DNA of 63,964 bases, filler included, from Polymyxa betae A26-41 (Eukaryota; Protista; Endomyxa: Phytomyxea), in NCBI GenBank assembly GCA_003693705.1. It is 6 parts of 6 records of this genome, joined end to end, with 100 filler letters (N's around TTAATTAATTAA, not from the genome) between each part and the next. Parts side by side here need not be neighbours in the genome. Positions count along the whole stretch, not along the records: positions 1 to 14,296 come from RBZT01000471.1; positions 14,397 to 24,364 come from RBZT01000509.1; positions 24,465 to 34,012 come from RBZT01000218.1; 3 more parts are not named here. One strand, written 5' to 3'. The translations under genes and the position numbers were made by a program. This document shows positions 12,494-24,554 of the stretch, in pieces. Positions within the stretch are counted from its first letter, which is position 1; each line of letters begins with the position of its first letter. Below the pieces are notes generated by a model that saw only the letters and a program-made list of their open reading frames with translations, made no database searches and had not been told where the DNA came from.

Positions 12494-13130
12494 TTATGGA
12501 TCCGATTTTTTGGTTAAGAAATACTGCCTGTATCGCTTTGTTGTATTTATTGCTGTTCCAGGGGGGCATGAGAGCCAAGAATGTCCGTCAGTGGAACAGG
12601 CCACACAATGTTTGATCTCATCTCTTTCAGTGCACTCTTTAACGCATTTGCCGCACCGGATTTTTTGGCATTGTGCGTCGGAGCAGTCAGATATTTGCAT
12701 GACCGGAAAATCTTGGACATGCGGTTGCTAGGTGATGCAACGCGATATCTGCGTTTGATTATTGCAAAATATCCTTCGTTGATAATGTAATTGGCCTGAT
12801 CAGGGTAGTTGTAAACATAGCTTGATACATCCTGGCTTGCTGAGTGTGATGACTTGGACTGGTTCAGGTCCTGAGCAGACTGCAAGCAAACCCTTGGATT
12901 TGATAATGCACTCTGGGACATTGAACCGCGTGTCGATCATCGTCAGATTGGGCAGTTCCATGGGGTGTGATATTGTTTGGTAGGTCCCTTTTGAATGCAG
13001 TCTCTTTGACAATTTTGTTACTGACCACGTCAGTTCCCCTGGTTTCCAGTTTGACACCGAAGGCAGCGCGTAATCCAAGTGCAAAGGCGGCATCTCGGTT
13101 CGCCATCAATTCCGGTACAGAACAGTTGTG
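12494..13130 (-). pseudogene. Decayed ORF ending in a Cys cluster / zinc-knuckle-like CVACSTDGHSWLSCP; probably TE-derived
   Basis: Broken minus-strand frames 12800-13093 and 12494-12700 with C-x2-C-x4-H-x4-C. Confidence 0.3.
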
Positions 13131-13133
13131 TCG

Positions 13134-13462
13134 TTGAAGCGTATCATGCAATACCTAGAAGGAACAATGAAACTTTGTATCAAGCATGGCGGACGATACT
13201 AGACACTGAGCAGCTATGTTGATGCCAGCTTCGCGGGAGGCGTCGACGATCGCAAGTCGACGCCCTAGTTCGTGTTCCTGCTGAACGACGGCCCATCAGC
13301 TGGGCGAGTCGGACGACAGGGGTGCCCAACTTTGTCGGCGACCGCAGCCGAGTGTGGCATTGGGCACGTGACGGCTACAAGAAAGCTGATGTGGCTCTGC
13401 CCACTTTCTCTTCGGCGATTGGCGACCCAGAGCCGGAGGCCACGGTTGTTTATGAAAACTAC
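13134..13462 (+). mobile_element. Ty1/Copia RT-end / RNase H fragment
   Basis: LKRIMQYLEGT...SYVDASFAGGVDDRKST.FVFLLNDGP/ISWAS...TLSATAAE...VVYEN, with stops and frameshifts. Confidence 0.85.
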
Positions 13463-13560
13463 CTAGGGCTCCGACTCGGTCGGATACTGCCCGAGTATCG
13501 GTGCTCTGATCGGATACCGGTAGGGCATCGGTACTAGGGAGCTATCCGACCGGTTGTTAA
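13463..13560 (+). mobile_element. Left end of a hAT-type element truncating the Copia fragment
   Basis: Starts TAGGGCTCCGA and contains tcggataccggta repeats like the element at 21799-22681. Confidence 0.55.
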
Positions 13561-13861
13561 ACTGCGTACTGACTTCTCCCGAACACATTGATTGTCGTCT
13601 CGTCTCTCTGCCTCTTTGTAGCCTTGTAATGGCGTCATGGCGTTCGACACACGATCTCGTAAGCGGCGAGCCTTCACGCCCTCGGGCACACCGGCTGCTG
13701 CCGCCCGTGTTTGCCAATTTCTTCGGGCAAACCGAATCCGGTCGAACAGGATATGGCTGTATCTTCGACATCGTCATCATCTGCTACTGTTTGCTCTTCT
13801 GCTGCATGTATATCGCAGCAAATTCCCTGCTCTACCGATCTTGAAACGAGGGATAATATTA

Positions 13862-14000
13862 GAGTGCGTTTGGCAACAAATGAGTACAAAACTGTAGTTT
13901 TCTTAAAACTACCGTTTTCTGCGGGGACCACCACAGTTTTAGTTTTTGTACAGTTTTGCTGCCAGACGCACTTCAAAAACTACAGTTTTGCTGCCAAATA
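13862..14000. mobile_element. PIF/Harbinger(Tourist)-like terminus with inverted and direct subterminal repeats
   Basis: TTA|GAGTGCGTTTGGCAACAAA; near-complement tttgctgccagacgcact at ~13955-13973; repeated acagttttgctgcca and aaaactgtag. Confidence 0.45.
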
Positions 14001-14296
14001 AAATAATAGCCACTTTGAGAAAAGCAACCATCTGCTATATTCTTGACTCATCGGTGCGCAAACAGAGCCATGGCTTGCAGACGATGTAGAAAATGTCCAT
14101 TCGCACTAAAGTATCGATTTGGCCTGGACTTTGGAGGTGAGACATGGCTCTTTCAGCAGATACACGGTGACGTACCAGGCTGTTACGAAGACGGTAATCT
14201 GCTCTACGAGATCCATAACAACAGTTATATGAGAAAACGTTGAACTTTTATTCTCAATTTCGAGTTTAGTTTCAAAACTGTAAAGGGGCGGGTACG

Positions 14297-14396
14297 NNNN
14301 NNNNNNNNNNNNNNNNNNNNNNNNNNNNNNNNNNNNNNNNTTAATTAATTAANNNNNNNNNNNNNNNNNNNNNNNNNNNNNNNNNNNNNNNNNNNN
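14297..14396. other. Artificial contig linker N44-TTAATTAATTAA-N44
   Basis: Six-frame-stop spacer, identical at five places in the window. Confidence 0.99.
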
Positions 14397-15208
14397 GTGT
14401 CAATATTTGTAGAATATTTCCAGGAAAAGACTCTTATTTTATTATATATAAACGGCCCTATAGTCAGGACGAACTCCGCCACGGACTCAAATGGACTCCG
14501 TGACGGAATAACCGGTCTGGATCTGGGAGCTGGAATACAGACTGAATTTTGCCTGGATCTGAAGCTTGAATTCGTAGGATTGCTACACTTTAATATAAGA
14601 AAATACAAGAATAGTTTGCAAGTTTTCAAGAGCGCTCTGTTTAGTCATAATCCTTATCTGTTTTAGTAATGGTACAGAATTTTGCGGGGATGCGCAGCCT
14701 TTTCTCCCCGCGGGGCAGCGCGGCCCGTTCTCCCCGCGGGGAGAAAAGATAAAACCTTATTTAGTTAGACTGTTTCATTGTTGCCATCGCAGATACTCTT
14801 ATTGTATAGGAGCGCATTATTTGATACGGGGAATCTGAAATATCTGCGCTCGGCGATCATGAGAGTTTAGCTAGACGCGTTTCCAAGCTACGACGAGGGC
14901 TGCGCTAAGATTCGCCCACGGAATCCTGCGGACACCATGACGGCCTTTGGGTCCTGGACGTTTCCATGACTGAAATACAAATTCATTTTAGATTTTGCCT
15001 TCGTCTTTGCGTGTCAAATTCGTAGGACTTTTACGACAGCTACACGATGATGAATATCTACGTCCGAGTTTAGCTATCATCGCCCATGCTGGTGGAAATA
15101 GTGGACACGTTGGAATAACGGAGAGCTTGAATTTGGTACAATCTGTTTTCATTTTGAAGTTAATGAAAAAATATGTGACAAACATTGCAAGCAACGGTCT
15201 ACACTGTC

Positions 15209-16383
15209 CAGTATCCCAGCCGTCGCACTTTCACCAATTAAGAAATGCGTGACACTGGTGAACCGGTTATCCGGTGACCGGTTAACCTCGGCTCATCTGT
15301 TCGGGTAACTAACCGGTTTAACTTCGGTTTAACCGGTTAACCACTAAAATTTCTAAGTCCAAAATAAACAAATCAAACTTTGTTTTATTATTTTTCAGAA
15401 ATTTCCAAGCAGGTTCTATGAGCGGACTTTCATCATAATGGATATATTTCGTCTGAAAGTGAGCTACGGTCGGCACTGACGATATCTCCACTGTCAGAGA
15501 AAGCAGATTCCGAAGCAACCGATGATCCCGGACTCATTAACACGTTTCGAGCTAAAAGACTCAGCTTAAGAGATTGAGGAGATCCAGCATGTGCGGTTTA
15601 TGAATTTCCGGTTAACCGATTATCTTAACCGAACTTTGAACACCCCAAGCTGCCCGCCGCTCATCAAATCATTAAATGCGCAAAATGACTGGTCATGAAT
15701 CAGCTGAATAATACCACGTCTGCGGGTGACATGATAATGCCTTCAATAGGACTCGAACAGATATTTGGAGTTCAAATGAAGGCAATCCGCAATTTATCGC
15801 TCACAGCTACAGTATGGCACTCAGTTACCCATGCTCAGGAAAATTCCAATTTTCTGGGCCAGGTCTCCCACGTCAGCCCGGGCAGGGAAAAGGATGTTCT
15901 ATAGTGAAAAATGCAAACATTTTAAATCAGCAAACATAAACCGAGCAATACTAGCAAAATCAGAACCCTGTGCTGATCGCAAAGCCAGCAACTTGATGGA
16001 GATAAGCACATATTCTATCTCAATAAAGTTTTAAATTTAATGGTAATACAAAATTTTTCTTCTAAAGAAGATTGGAAATCTACACCATTAGGTCACCCCT
16101 TAATTAGAAAACGGGGCGTGTTCAACTTGAATTACGAACTCATACAGAAAAACAATAACAACTTCCAAATGCCCTCATGATGGAAGTGTTAAAGGGAGCT
16201 CAATAAATCAGACTATTGCACGGTACCTATTGATAACTGCCAGAGGATCGCCAAGTGTTAGGGACGCCCTTCAATAATACAAGATCAGCAGTGTCACGCA
16301 CTTCTTGGATGGAGAAAGTGCGACGGTTGAGCCGTCGACGGCTGCGGAGCCTCCCAGCCGTCGACGGCTGAAAAGACATACTG
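15209..16383. mobile_element. Non-autonomous DNA transposon with CAGTAT..CAGCCGTCG termini and 9-bp (or 8-bp) TSD
   Basis: tacactgtc at 15200-15208 and 16384-16392. Ends cagtatcccagccgtcg and cgacggctgaaaagacatactg. Removing it restores the integrase frame. Confidence 0.85.
15255..15648. mobile_element. Nested hAT-like fragment (AACCG/CGGTT subterminal repeats, end ...TTGAACACCCC)
   Basis: Dense accggtt/cggttaac repeats at 15260-15342 and 15607-15632. Degenerate dimerisation-like LLSLTVEISSVP on the minus strand. Confidence 0.5.
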
Positions 16384-18034
16384 TACACTGTCTCCCATGT
16401 TGAGGTGGTAGGAGAATTCCACGCCCTCTCGGCGAACAATGTCATGGTGAAAAGGCGAACGAATGCATACACTATGACTTTGTATATATGGAAGAGGTTG
16501 CAAAAGATGCTCGGCATGACTTTAAATGGATTTTAATGATGTTGGATGACTTTACTGGATATGTCAGATTAACGCCGTGCTCTGAACCAACTACCGATGT
16601 GGTAGTCGATGCAATTTTGCAGTGGAGAGCTGACTTTGGAACGCCGAAAAAGCTTGTGAGCGATCAAGGATCGTACTTCAAAAGCAAAGTGGTTGCTGAA
16701 CTTTGTAAGCGGACTTACATTTCGCTACACTTTGTTGTCTCATATGAACACTACCCGAATGGAACGGTGGAAGTGATGAACAGACATATACAAGATTTGT
16801 TAAAATCTTTAATCTCTGAATTAAGATGTGATACCTCGCAGTGGCCTTGGCTGGTCGTTCATGTGCAGCATACACTGAACCACAGAAGCCAGGCCAGGTT
16901 AGGAAACCGTGCTCCGGTTGAGTTGAAAACTGGACAGCCTCCTGATAATCCCTTGCAGGATGTGATTCGTCTGCATGTGGCTGACTCGATGCCAGTCGCG
17001 CCGCCGTCGACCGCCGAGATAGAACACCACTATGATCGTTTGATCAAAGCGCTGGCTGAATTTCATAAAACTGCGAACGCGTTTACTAGCAATGAAAGAA
17101 ATAAAAAACGGCAAAAGTCGACTAAAAATCGCATGATAAATCTGGAAGTGGGGGAGTATGCACTCGTAGCAGTACCGGATCCAAACAGAGCGCCTGGCGG
17201 CAATCAGAAACAAAAAGTGGCGTGGACCGTTCAAAGTAACGCGTGCTATTAGCCCCTGGGTCTACGAAGTCGAGGACATTGTCAACTTAAAAGCGAGTAA
17301 CATTCACATCGAGAGACTAAGATTTTATGCTGATAAGCAATTGAATGTCGATGTTGATATAAAATCACAGTATTGTTTTGACAATGTAAAATATGAGATT
17401 GAGGAATTCCTGGATGTTCGAAGGAACAAGCAGACAGGTGAATTTTCAGGAGTCTGTCTTGACGTTTCAGGTGAAATACGAAAGGAAACCGATTCACAGA
17501 ATGGATCATAAATGTCCTGTACTTCAGGATAGGAAAAAGACTGAACTATACAATAAAAGAACAATTGCACGCTTTACACGAGCAATTAGCACTGCTATGC
17601 AAGGGCGTCAATTGACGCTTACAAATAAGGATAATAAACTGAACGTTGTTATTACAAGAACAATTGCACGCCTCACATGAGCGCCTGCCATGCTATTGCT
17701 CATGGACGAGCCATGATTCGGAATAGGGATGGTCGCAGCTAACAAGACCGACCAATATCGCCCATGCTCAAATGCCAGATCGAATCCAGAGATTGATATA
17801 TACTATGTAATATTGGTGTGGTGTACAGCAGGATCGTTCTCGAACTTCGAAAACTACATTCGTTTCGACGCCACTACCACAACGGAAACTCGGGCCGTCC
17901 CGATCAATACAAGAAAACAATCAGCCTGAGGCGTAAAGAGACTCGAAGTACCATCTTATGCCTTATGGTACTCTGCCTTTTAATGCTTCGGCTGAAGAAT
18001 ACAACAAGAAAAAAAAGGAAAAAAACGACGTGTT

Positions 18035-18125
18035 TTGCGCGTTTAAAGCGCTTTAAACGACCTCCGCGGACTTCTGTTTAAAGCGCTTTGATTTTTGTAC
18101 AAAACTCCAACTTTGATACCCCCTA
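18035..18125. mobile_element. hAT-like terminus (...TTTGATACCCCCTA) with TTTAAAGCGCTTTAAA palindromes
   Basis: Reverse complement begins TAGGGGGTATCAAA. aaagcgcttt is repeated at ~18045 and ~18080. Confidence 0.45.
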
Positions 18126-18283
18126 TTGCATAAATTGGAAGAGCATTAATTACCTAATTCTCGTTTCTGCCAAGCTAAGTGCTTACTTCAGGAGAAGACC
18201 AAAACTCACAGACCCCGGCGCTGTTCTGCTTATACATAATCGCTTCTATTAATCGGGGAGGATTATAAAGGCGAAGCTCAGCC

Positions 18284-21200
18284 ATGTCCAGCGAAGAATC
18301 GACCCAGTCTACGACCATCGACGATGTCATGCAAAGATTGGACAGCATCTTGGCGAAACACGGCGCCGCCGAGGAGCGGATCTGCCAACTGGAGCAAAGC
18401 AAGGTCACAACGCCACAGGTCCACACAGAATCGGCGTCTGCAGGGCACATGATGGACCAGAAGGACATCAATCCGCTGAGGCTGGACGCGCACCCATTGG
18501 AAACCACTAGCAGCCAAAGGTCGACGAGGCCCTTCGTCGCCCCGAAGCTAGGCGTTTGCGAGAAGGATCCCTGGAAAGAGCCCCAGGATGCGCTTACATG
18601 GCTAACAATGGCGGTGGCTGCCGTCAGACGTTCTGATCGAGGTCCGGGAGCGAGTCTCGGGTGAAACCTCCACGAACTCAGAAAATCGATGGAAAGAAGT
18701 AGCCATGGGGGTCCACCAAGGGAAAGACGAATCGCTTACCAGCTTCCTATACCGGGTGGAGGCAGCACTCAACGACTTCTCGACCAACGACCCGCGCGAG
18801 GCCACACCGGAGATGATCCAGCATCAACCGAGCCAGCCATTCAGAGCCGACGAAGGAGGCGCTGGAGCGCAATCACGCCTTCAGCAGCAGGGCTAGAACG
18901 CTGACAGCAGACCAGCGCTTCGACCTTATTCGCGAGTGCCTGTACTACGAGCGGAAACGGGAGGTTAAGCCGAAAGTGGCAAAAGTGAACAGAGTGACAA
19001 CCACCACGAGTAGCAATCCGGCGAGCTCGCAAAAGAAGTGGAAGTGCCGGACGTGACAAACGGACTCGCACAGCTTCAAGACGTGTGAGAAGGCACGAGC
19101 GAAAGGACACTGCAAGGCATGCGACGCCGCCCACTTCCAGTTCGAATGCCCCAAACGCGCAGCCAATACAGCCGCGACATCAGCCTCGCTGGCTCCAGCC
19201 GCGACCGCCGCGGACAACTCGTCAACCTTTAAATGAGGAAACGGGGCGGCAGCAGCCGCCCCAACCACCTGGGACCCAGGTGGGCTGCTGATCCCATCGG
19301 TCGGCGTGGTCCAGCGCCAGGCACCGATGGCGACGATAGAAGTACGGGTGAGTGAGAGGCCTGTACATGCATTAGTGGATACGGGAGCCGAAATCAGCCT
19401 CATCAGCGGCGATTTCGCGGCAAGGGAAGAGTGTGAGGTCCGACCGGTGAGCTTGACGATGTGCGGGTTCGCAGGAGAACGTGTCGGTCCCAGCGGGCGA
19501 ACCGAGATGCGATTGGAGGTTGGGGGTAGGACGACTACTGCGTTAGTGGTCGTTTGCGACAACCTTGCAACGGATATCATCATCGGCATGGACCTGCTCC
19601 GGAGCTGGGGCACCATTATAAACACCACGGCAGGCGTGGCGTTCAAACAACTGGACTCCCACGTGCGGCGGAGTCAGTCCTCGACAGATCCCAACGTTGG
19701 AGATTCCAAATCCACCATCAACAGTCTGGAAGCGCACGGCGACGCGATTCCTGAACTGGCGGCAGGTGCAGACCTGGCTTCACTAACCCAGAGCCAACAG
19801 ACAGTCCTCGATATGTCAACTGGGACGGCCTGGACGATTTGACGGCAGCGCGCGTACGACAGTGGATTGTGGACCAAGCCCCACAGTTCAGTTCGGAGTA
19901 CCAGCCTATTGGCCATACGACGACGGAAGAACACGCTATACACCTGTTGCCGGGAACCACGCCGGTATCCCCGCCTCCTCGTCGCCGTCATCCGAACCTC
20001 GAGCAGCATTCTGCAGAGACGGTCGAAAAACTGCTGGAAGCGGGGATCATCAGGCCTTCGCGAAGCCCGTGGGCAGCAGGTGTTGTGCTGACCAGGAAAA
20101 AGGATTGGAAATACCGATTCAACATCGACCACCAAAGGCTGAATGACTTAACAATGGCGGACGCGTACCACATGCCCAAGAAAGAGATAGACAAAGCATT
20201 AGCAAATATGCGAGGTTCGGGTTTCTTTTCTGTGATCGACATGGCTTCAGGCTACTGGCAGGTGGCTATGGCCGATGATGATAAACCGAAAACTGCATTC
20301 GTAACGCTTGAGGGTTTGTTCGAATGGAACCGAATGCCCTTTGGATTGAAATGTGCTCCCGCTACATACTGCCGGTCGATGGGTAAAGTGCTGGCAGGAC
20401 TGACATATACCGATTGCATGGTGTATATGGACGATGTCCTGGTGTTCTCGAAGGATATCGACGAGCACCTGGAGAAACTGGACCGGGATTTTCAGCGATT
20501 ACGGGAACATGGGCGGACGGTGAATCCACGCAAGACGTCCTTGCTGCAAAACGATGTCACGTTTCTGGGGCACCACCTGAGCGCGGGTGGTGTTCGACCG
20601 GATCACCTTTTGGTGGAAGAGGTGGCTGAATATCGGACGCCGAGGGACAAGAAGACGCTGAGAACATTCTTGGGTCTTGCGGGATATTATTGCCATTTTA
20701 TCCCCGGTTTTGCTGCAATTACGGCGCCTTTAACGGATTTAACCACGAAGACGGCAAAATGGAGCTGGGAGCACGAGCATCATGAGGCGTTCGAACGCAT
20801 CATCACCCTGACTTCTCTCGTCCCTTCATCGTGCAGACAGACTACTCCAGTCGGGCAATCAGAGCGGTACTGAGCCAGTGCGATGACGACGGGCAGGAAT
20901 ACCCGGTAGCATATCTCTCCCGGAAGTGCAGGGGGAAGGCATGCCCTAAAGAAATGGCGGTGCTACCTCGAGGGCCAACAGTTCATCATCGAGACAGACC
21001 ACAAACCGCAAGAATCCCTACGCAAAGAAACCGACGATGCGCAATTATGTCGGATCTGGGAGGCGCTGGAAGCTTTCGACTACGTCATCCGGTATAAGAA
21101 ATGCGCGAAGAGCCAAAATGCTGAAGCATTGAACAAAATGGAGGAGTACGAGCACGAGGTGGGCCGACCGCTCCGGGAGGAAATGCTGCAGAGCGAGCCA

Positions 21201-23280
21201 GAGACGGAGAATGAGGATGATAGCGTTCCCGACGTGAACACAGTCGTGATTGGCAATTCGGGCGTCGTCTTGGAGTCAGAAGCCGCAGCAGGTCTGAGGA
21301 GCCGCCAGCAATTAGCCGATCCAGTATGGGGGCCACGGATTATCGCGATTAAAACAGGACAGGTTCTCGACCGGGCGAACGCAAGAGAGTTCGTATTGGA
21401 CGCGCACGGGGTACTGGTGAAACAAGCGAGAGGATGAAGTCGAAGCACCGCGGTATCAGGTATGCATCCCTAACACCGACAGAGAGCAGAGCTTGCAACA
21501 AGCACACGATGGTCTTTTGGGAGCCCACTTCGGAATCCCCCGCACCCTGGAACGCTTGCAAGCGGCAAGCTTCTGGCCACAGATGGCAAGCGACGTTCGG
21601 CGCTACGTGCGCAACTGCATACCATGTCAGCAAAACAAGCTTACAATCCCAAGAGGGCAGGGCTTAATGAGGGAGTTCACCGATTGCGACGAGTTCGAGC
21701 CATGGTCCACGGTCCATATTGACCATGTGACGAAGCTCCCCCGGACGTCAAGAAGCAACCAGAACGTCTTAACGGCGACCTGTCGGGCTTCGCACGCGTA
21801 GGGTTCCGATCGATACCGGTACTACCCGACTACCGGCGCTCCGGTAGTCTCCCGGTCGGATACCGGTAGATGGGTGGTACCCGACCCGACTACCGACACT
21901 ACCGGCCTAGGAATAGTGAGTGCTGGAAAATCTGCGTGGCGGACTTTGAAATCCTTTTGTAATCTTGTTTCATACACGGAAGCGAAGGGCTGACGATCCA
22001 CTGTGCCCCGTAAATGCAGCTTTTCCTTTGCGCCAATCTAAGGATTGAAGTTTTCGATCCTGTCGTGAATGATTACGAACCCATAGCGTTGAGTGAGAGC
22101 TTCGGCAGTAGCCTTGTGTCCAACGTATTATCACCTGATTAAGCATCTGGAACCGAGATTGACCCCCAATAATGCTGAATCAGTTCAATGGAAATTGTTC
22201 AACAGCCGATAAACCCAAGGCGACTGTTTATGATCAGATAAGCAAGACAGGCACAGATGGGACAATCACCTTTGCTTTTTATTTGGTGAGATCATTGACG
22301 AAGTTGATAAGTATCTCAGCCTTTCTCGCGACGGCACTTAGGTCGATCCAGTCGGGTTTTAGTGAAGTTGGGAAAGATATTCTCTCTATCCCAGGTTCAT
22401 CGGTCTCAGTGGAGATGATTATGAACTGCGGTCGTGGTTTAATTGGTCCTGCCATTCATCGACTCATAAACATGAAACTTTAAGTGCCCTGATATTTGGG
22501 GAATGCGCTTTAAAGTATTGAAATGACAGAAGAGCTGTTATAATGAAATTTGGGTTTTTTCTGAGCCTTTCTGTCTTTATGTGCTTCGGTAGCCGGTACT
22601 ACCGGTATCCGACCCGAAAATCCGGGTCGGATACCGGTAGAAGGGCGGTACCCGACCCGAACGGTACCGATCGGAACCCTACGAACGCGACCATCTTCAT
22701 GCCCGTAAAGAGCCTGTCGGCGGCGGAGACAGCGGAAGCCTGGATACAGAATGTGTTCTTGATCCACGGCTTCCCGCGGAAGATCGTGGCCGACCGAAGC
22801 ACGTCGTGGCGCAACCAAATTGTGGCAAGCTCTGAGCGTCGTGTTTGGATTCCGGTTAGCAATGACTGTGGTGTACCGGGCACAGGGAAATCGCATGGCA
22901 GAACGGTCCCACCGGTATCTGAACGCATTCCTGATGACGTTAGACGATGACGATAAGCCACGCTGGGATCGACTTCTTGGTTTTTTGACGTTTGTTTATT
23001 GTCAGGGAGCGTGCGCGACCACGAAGGAGACCCCTCACTATCTAGAGTATGGACGCGACTTGAGAGGACCGTGGACCTACGACGTGAAGATACCGACAGA
23101 ACCCATGGCCAGCAATCAATTGCAATACCTGGAGCAGCTCCGACGGAGACTGAAGGCGGCCCGGAGTGTCGCCGAGCAGGCGGCGGCGGAGGCGTACCGC
23201 CAGCGCACGAGGCGCGCGAACCTGATCCGACGAGAGGTCACCATTACGGAGGGCCAGCTGGTGTGGGTCTCGCGACAAGG
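18284..23280 (+). mobile_element. Ty3/Gypsy LTR retrotransposon gag-pol (gag, protease, RT, RNase H, integrase), decayed and 3'-truncated
   Basis: Zinc knuckle CKACDAAHFQFECP; protease ALVDTGAEISLI; RT SPWAAGVVL..DMASGYWQV..KTAF..MPFGLKCAPA..YMDD; RNase H QTDYS..AVLSQ; integrase AHDGLLGAHFG..CIPCQ and HGFPRKIVADR. Frameshifts present. Confidence 0.95.
21799..22681. mobile_element. Non-autonomous hAT element (883 bp) inserted in the Gypsy integrase
   Basis: TIR TAGGGTTCCGATCG / CGATCGGAACCCTA. 8-bp TSD cgcacgcg / cgaacgcg (7/8 match). Subterminal taccgg/cccgac repeats. Integrase resumes ...CRASHA|TIFMPVK. Confidence 0.92.
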
Positions 23281-23374
23281 AAATAATCTGTCATTTTTGA
23301 AAAAAAATCCAAAAATGACACGTTATAGGGTCATTTTGGATTTTTTTTCAAAAATGACAGATTATTTCCTTGTC
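23274..23374. repeat. 101-bp near-perfect palindrome (fold-back) at the Gypsy truncation point
   Basis: gacaaggaaataatctgtcatttttgaaaaaaaatccaaaaatgac ... gtcattttggattttttttcaaaaatgacagattatttccttgtc. Confidence 0.92.
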
Positions 23375-23567
23375 TGGGGTTTGTCATTTTTGGAAATTCA
23401 ACCCAAAAATGACACATCCTAATTAAATAAATATTAAATAAATATTAAACAGATAATTGTCATTTTCGTAAAAATCAATTCCCAATTCACATCCCTAATA
23501 AGGAAAAGGAAATATGTATTGAATTGAATATGTATGTTAATTCATCTGGTCTTCTTGCTTCAATTGA

Positions 23568-24065
23568 TTAGTCCTGAAAGATGTTCAAAGATATACGTTG
23601 TTTTGCCTTTTTGCTTCCATTGATTCGTTCTGCCATTATTTCCATCATCTCAATCATATCATCAAATTTATCAAGTGCATATAGTTCATCAATAGCGCTC
23701 AGGATAATGTGCTTGATATTGTTGATCATGTAGTCCATATTGTAGAGTTGGTGTTTCTTGGATAGTAGTTTTATAACTAACTTGGCGATGAATTCCATAT
23801 TGTCATATTTCTCCCATTGTGATTGACAATTTATCAGCTGGACAATAATATCCTTGAATTCTTCGTGATTTCCCACGGAGGCGTATATATTGATTAGTTC
23901 GACAATCTTGCGTCCAATAAACAAATTAAAAACGCGATTACCATAAGCACTTTCATCACTCCCCCAATCAGGGCAAGGGCGTTCAGAACCCATATTAACA
24001 ACGACGAGAGAATAATAACTATGACTTGGTGCTTGAACTATGACAAGAAGAAACGGCGCAGCCAC
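23568..24065 (-). CDS. AT-rich intronless ORF, helical, unknown function
   Basis: 165-aa open frame in low-GC sequence (likely start MGSERP); no motif recognised. Confidence 0.45.
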   Translation of the reverse strand: MAAPFLLVIVQAPSHSYYSLVVVNMGSERPCPDWGSDESAYGNRVFNLFIGRKIVELINIYASVGNHEEFKDIIVQLINCQSQWEKYDNMEFIAKLVIKLLSKKHQLYNMDYMINNIKHIILSAIDELYALDKFDDMIEMMEIMAERINGSKKAKQRISLNIFQD

Positions 24066-24364
24066 GGCAAACCAGTGGGGAATTCTGCGCGCAACCCACT
24101 TTCAATTCTCCTTTCGTCTTTCACACCCCATTGGTCGTCGTGGTCGTCTGTCTCTATCTCTCTATCTATGTCATCGTAATCGTCTATCTATCTATCTATC
24201 ATCATTCAAGCGTTAAGGTAAATAGTTTTTTATTATTCAATCATCTTCATCATCGTCCTTTAGCATTAAATTACTTAAACTTTTCATTACCTTCTCACTC
24301 TGTTTTGTCTTCTTCTTCTTGTTTTTATATTTCAGTGTCATAATCTCCATCATCTTTTCCAGAT

Positions 24365-24464
24365 NNNNNNNNNNNNNNNNNNNNNNNNNNNNNNNNNNNN
24401 NNNNNNNNTTAATTAATTAANNNNNNNNNNNNNNNNNNNNNNNNNNNNNNNNNNNNNNNNNNNN
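24365..24464. other. Artificial contig linker
   Basis: N44-TTAATTAATTAA-N44. Confidence 0.99.
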
Positions 24465-24554
24465 GCTGCAACGGCAATACTAATTCCGTGGAGGTAGCAG
24501 CCCCCTCATACCCTAAAGTTAGTATGGCTGCAACGGCAATACTAATTCCGTGGA
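24465..24554 (+). repeat. 28-bp direct repeat x2 with 34-bp spacer
   Basis: gctgcaacggcaatactaattccgtgga at 24465-24492 and 24527-24554. Confidence 0.9.

Larger units (their letters stand above)
15040..17500 (+). mobile_element. Ty3/Gypsy integrase (H2C2 zinc finger, rve core, GPF/Y, start of chromodomain-like region), split by an insertion
   Basis: IIAHAGGNSGHVG...LHC|LPC*GGRRIPRPLGEQCHGEKANECIHYDFVYM...LDDFTGY...VSDQGSYF...NGTVEVMNR...KWRGPFKV...RLRFYAD...YEIEEFLDVR. Confidence 0.9.

Noticed and set aside
14297-14396. TTAATTAATTAA flanked by Ns (five occurrences) as a biological repeat
   Set aside because: It is an artificial six-frame-stop scaffold linker. Adjacency across it is meaningless and ORFs crossing it are artefacts.
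14701-14748. TTCTCCCCGCGGGGAGAA palindromes (reminiscent of type I-E CRISPR repeats)
   Set aside because: Two closely spaced copies with no spacer array; typical of DNA-transposon subterminal palindromes.
18945-19646. 233-aa minus-strand ORF and other long overlapping ORFs in 18-23 kb
   Set aside because: Antisense shadows of GC-rich gag/protease sequence.
24465-24554. CRISPR-like 28-bp hairpin repeat with 34-bp spacer
   Set aside because: Only two units, at a contig edge, in eukaryotic DNA with no cas genes. A simple 62-bp tandem duplication explains it.
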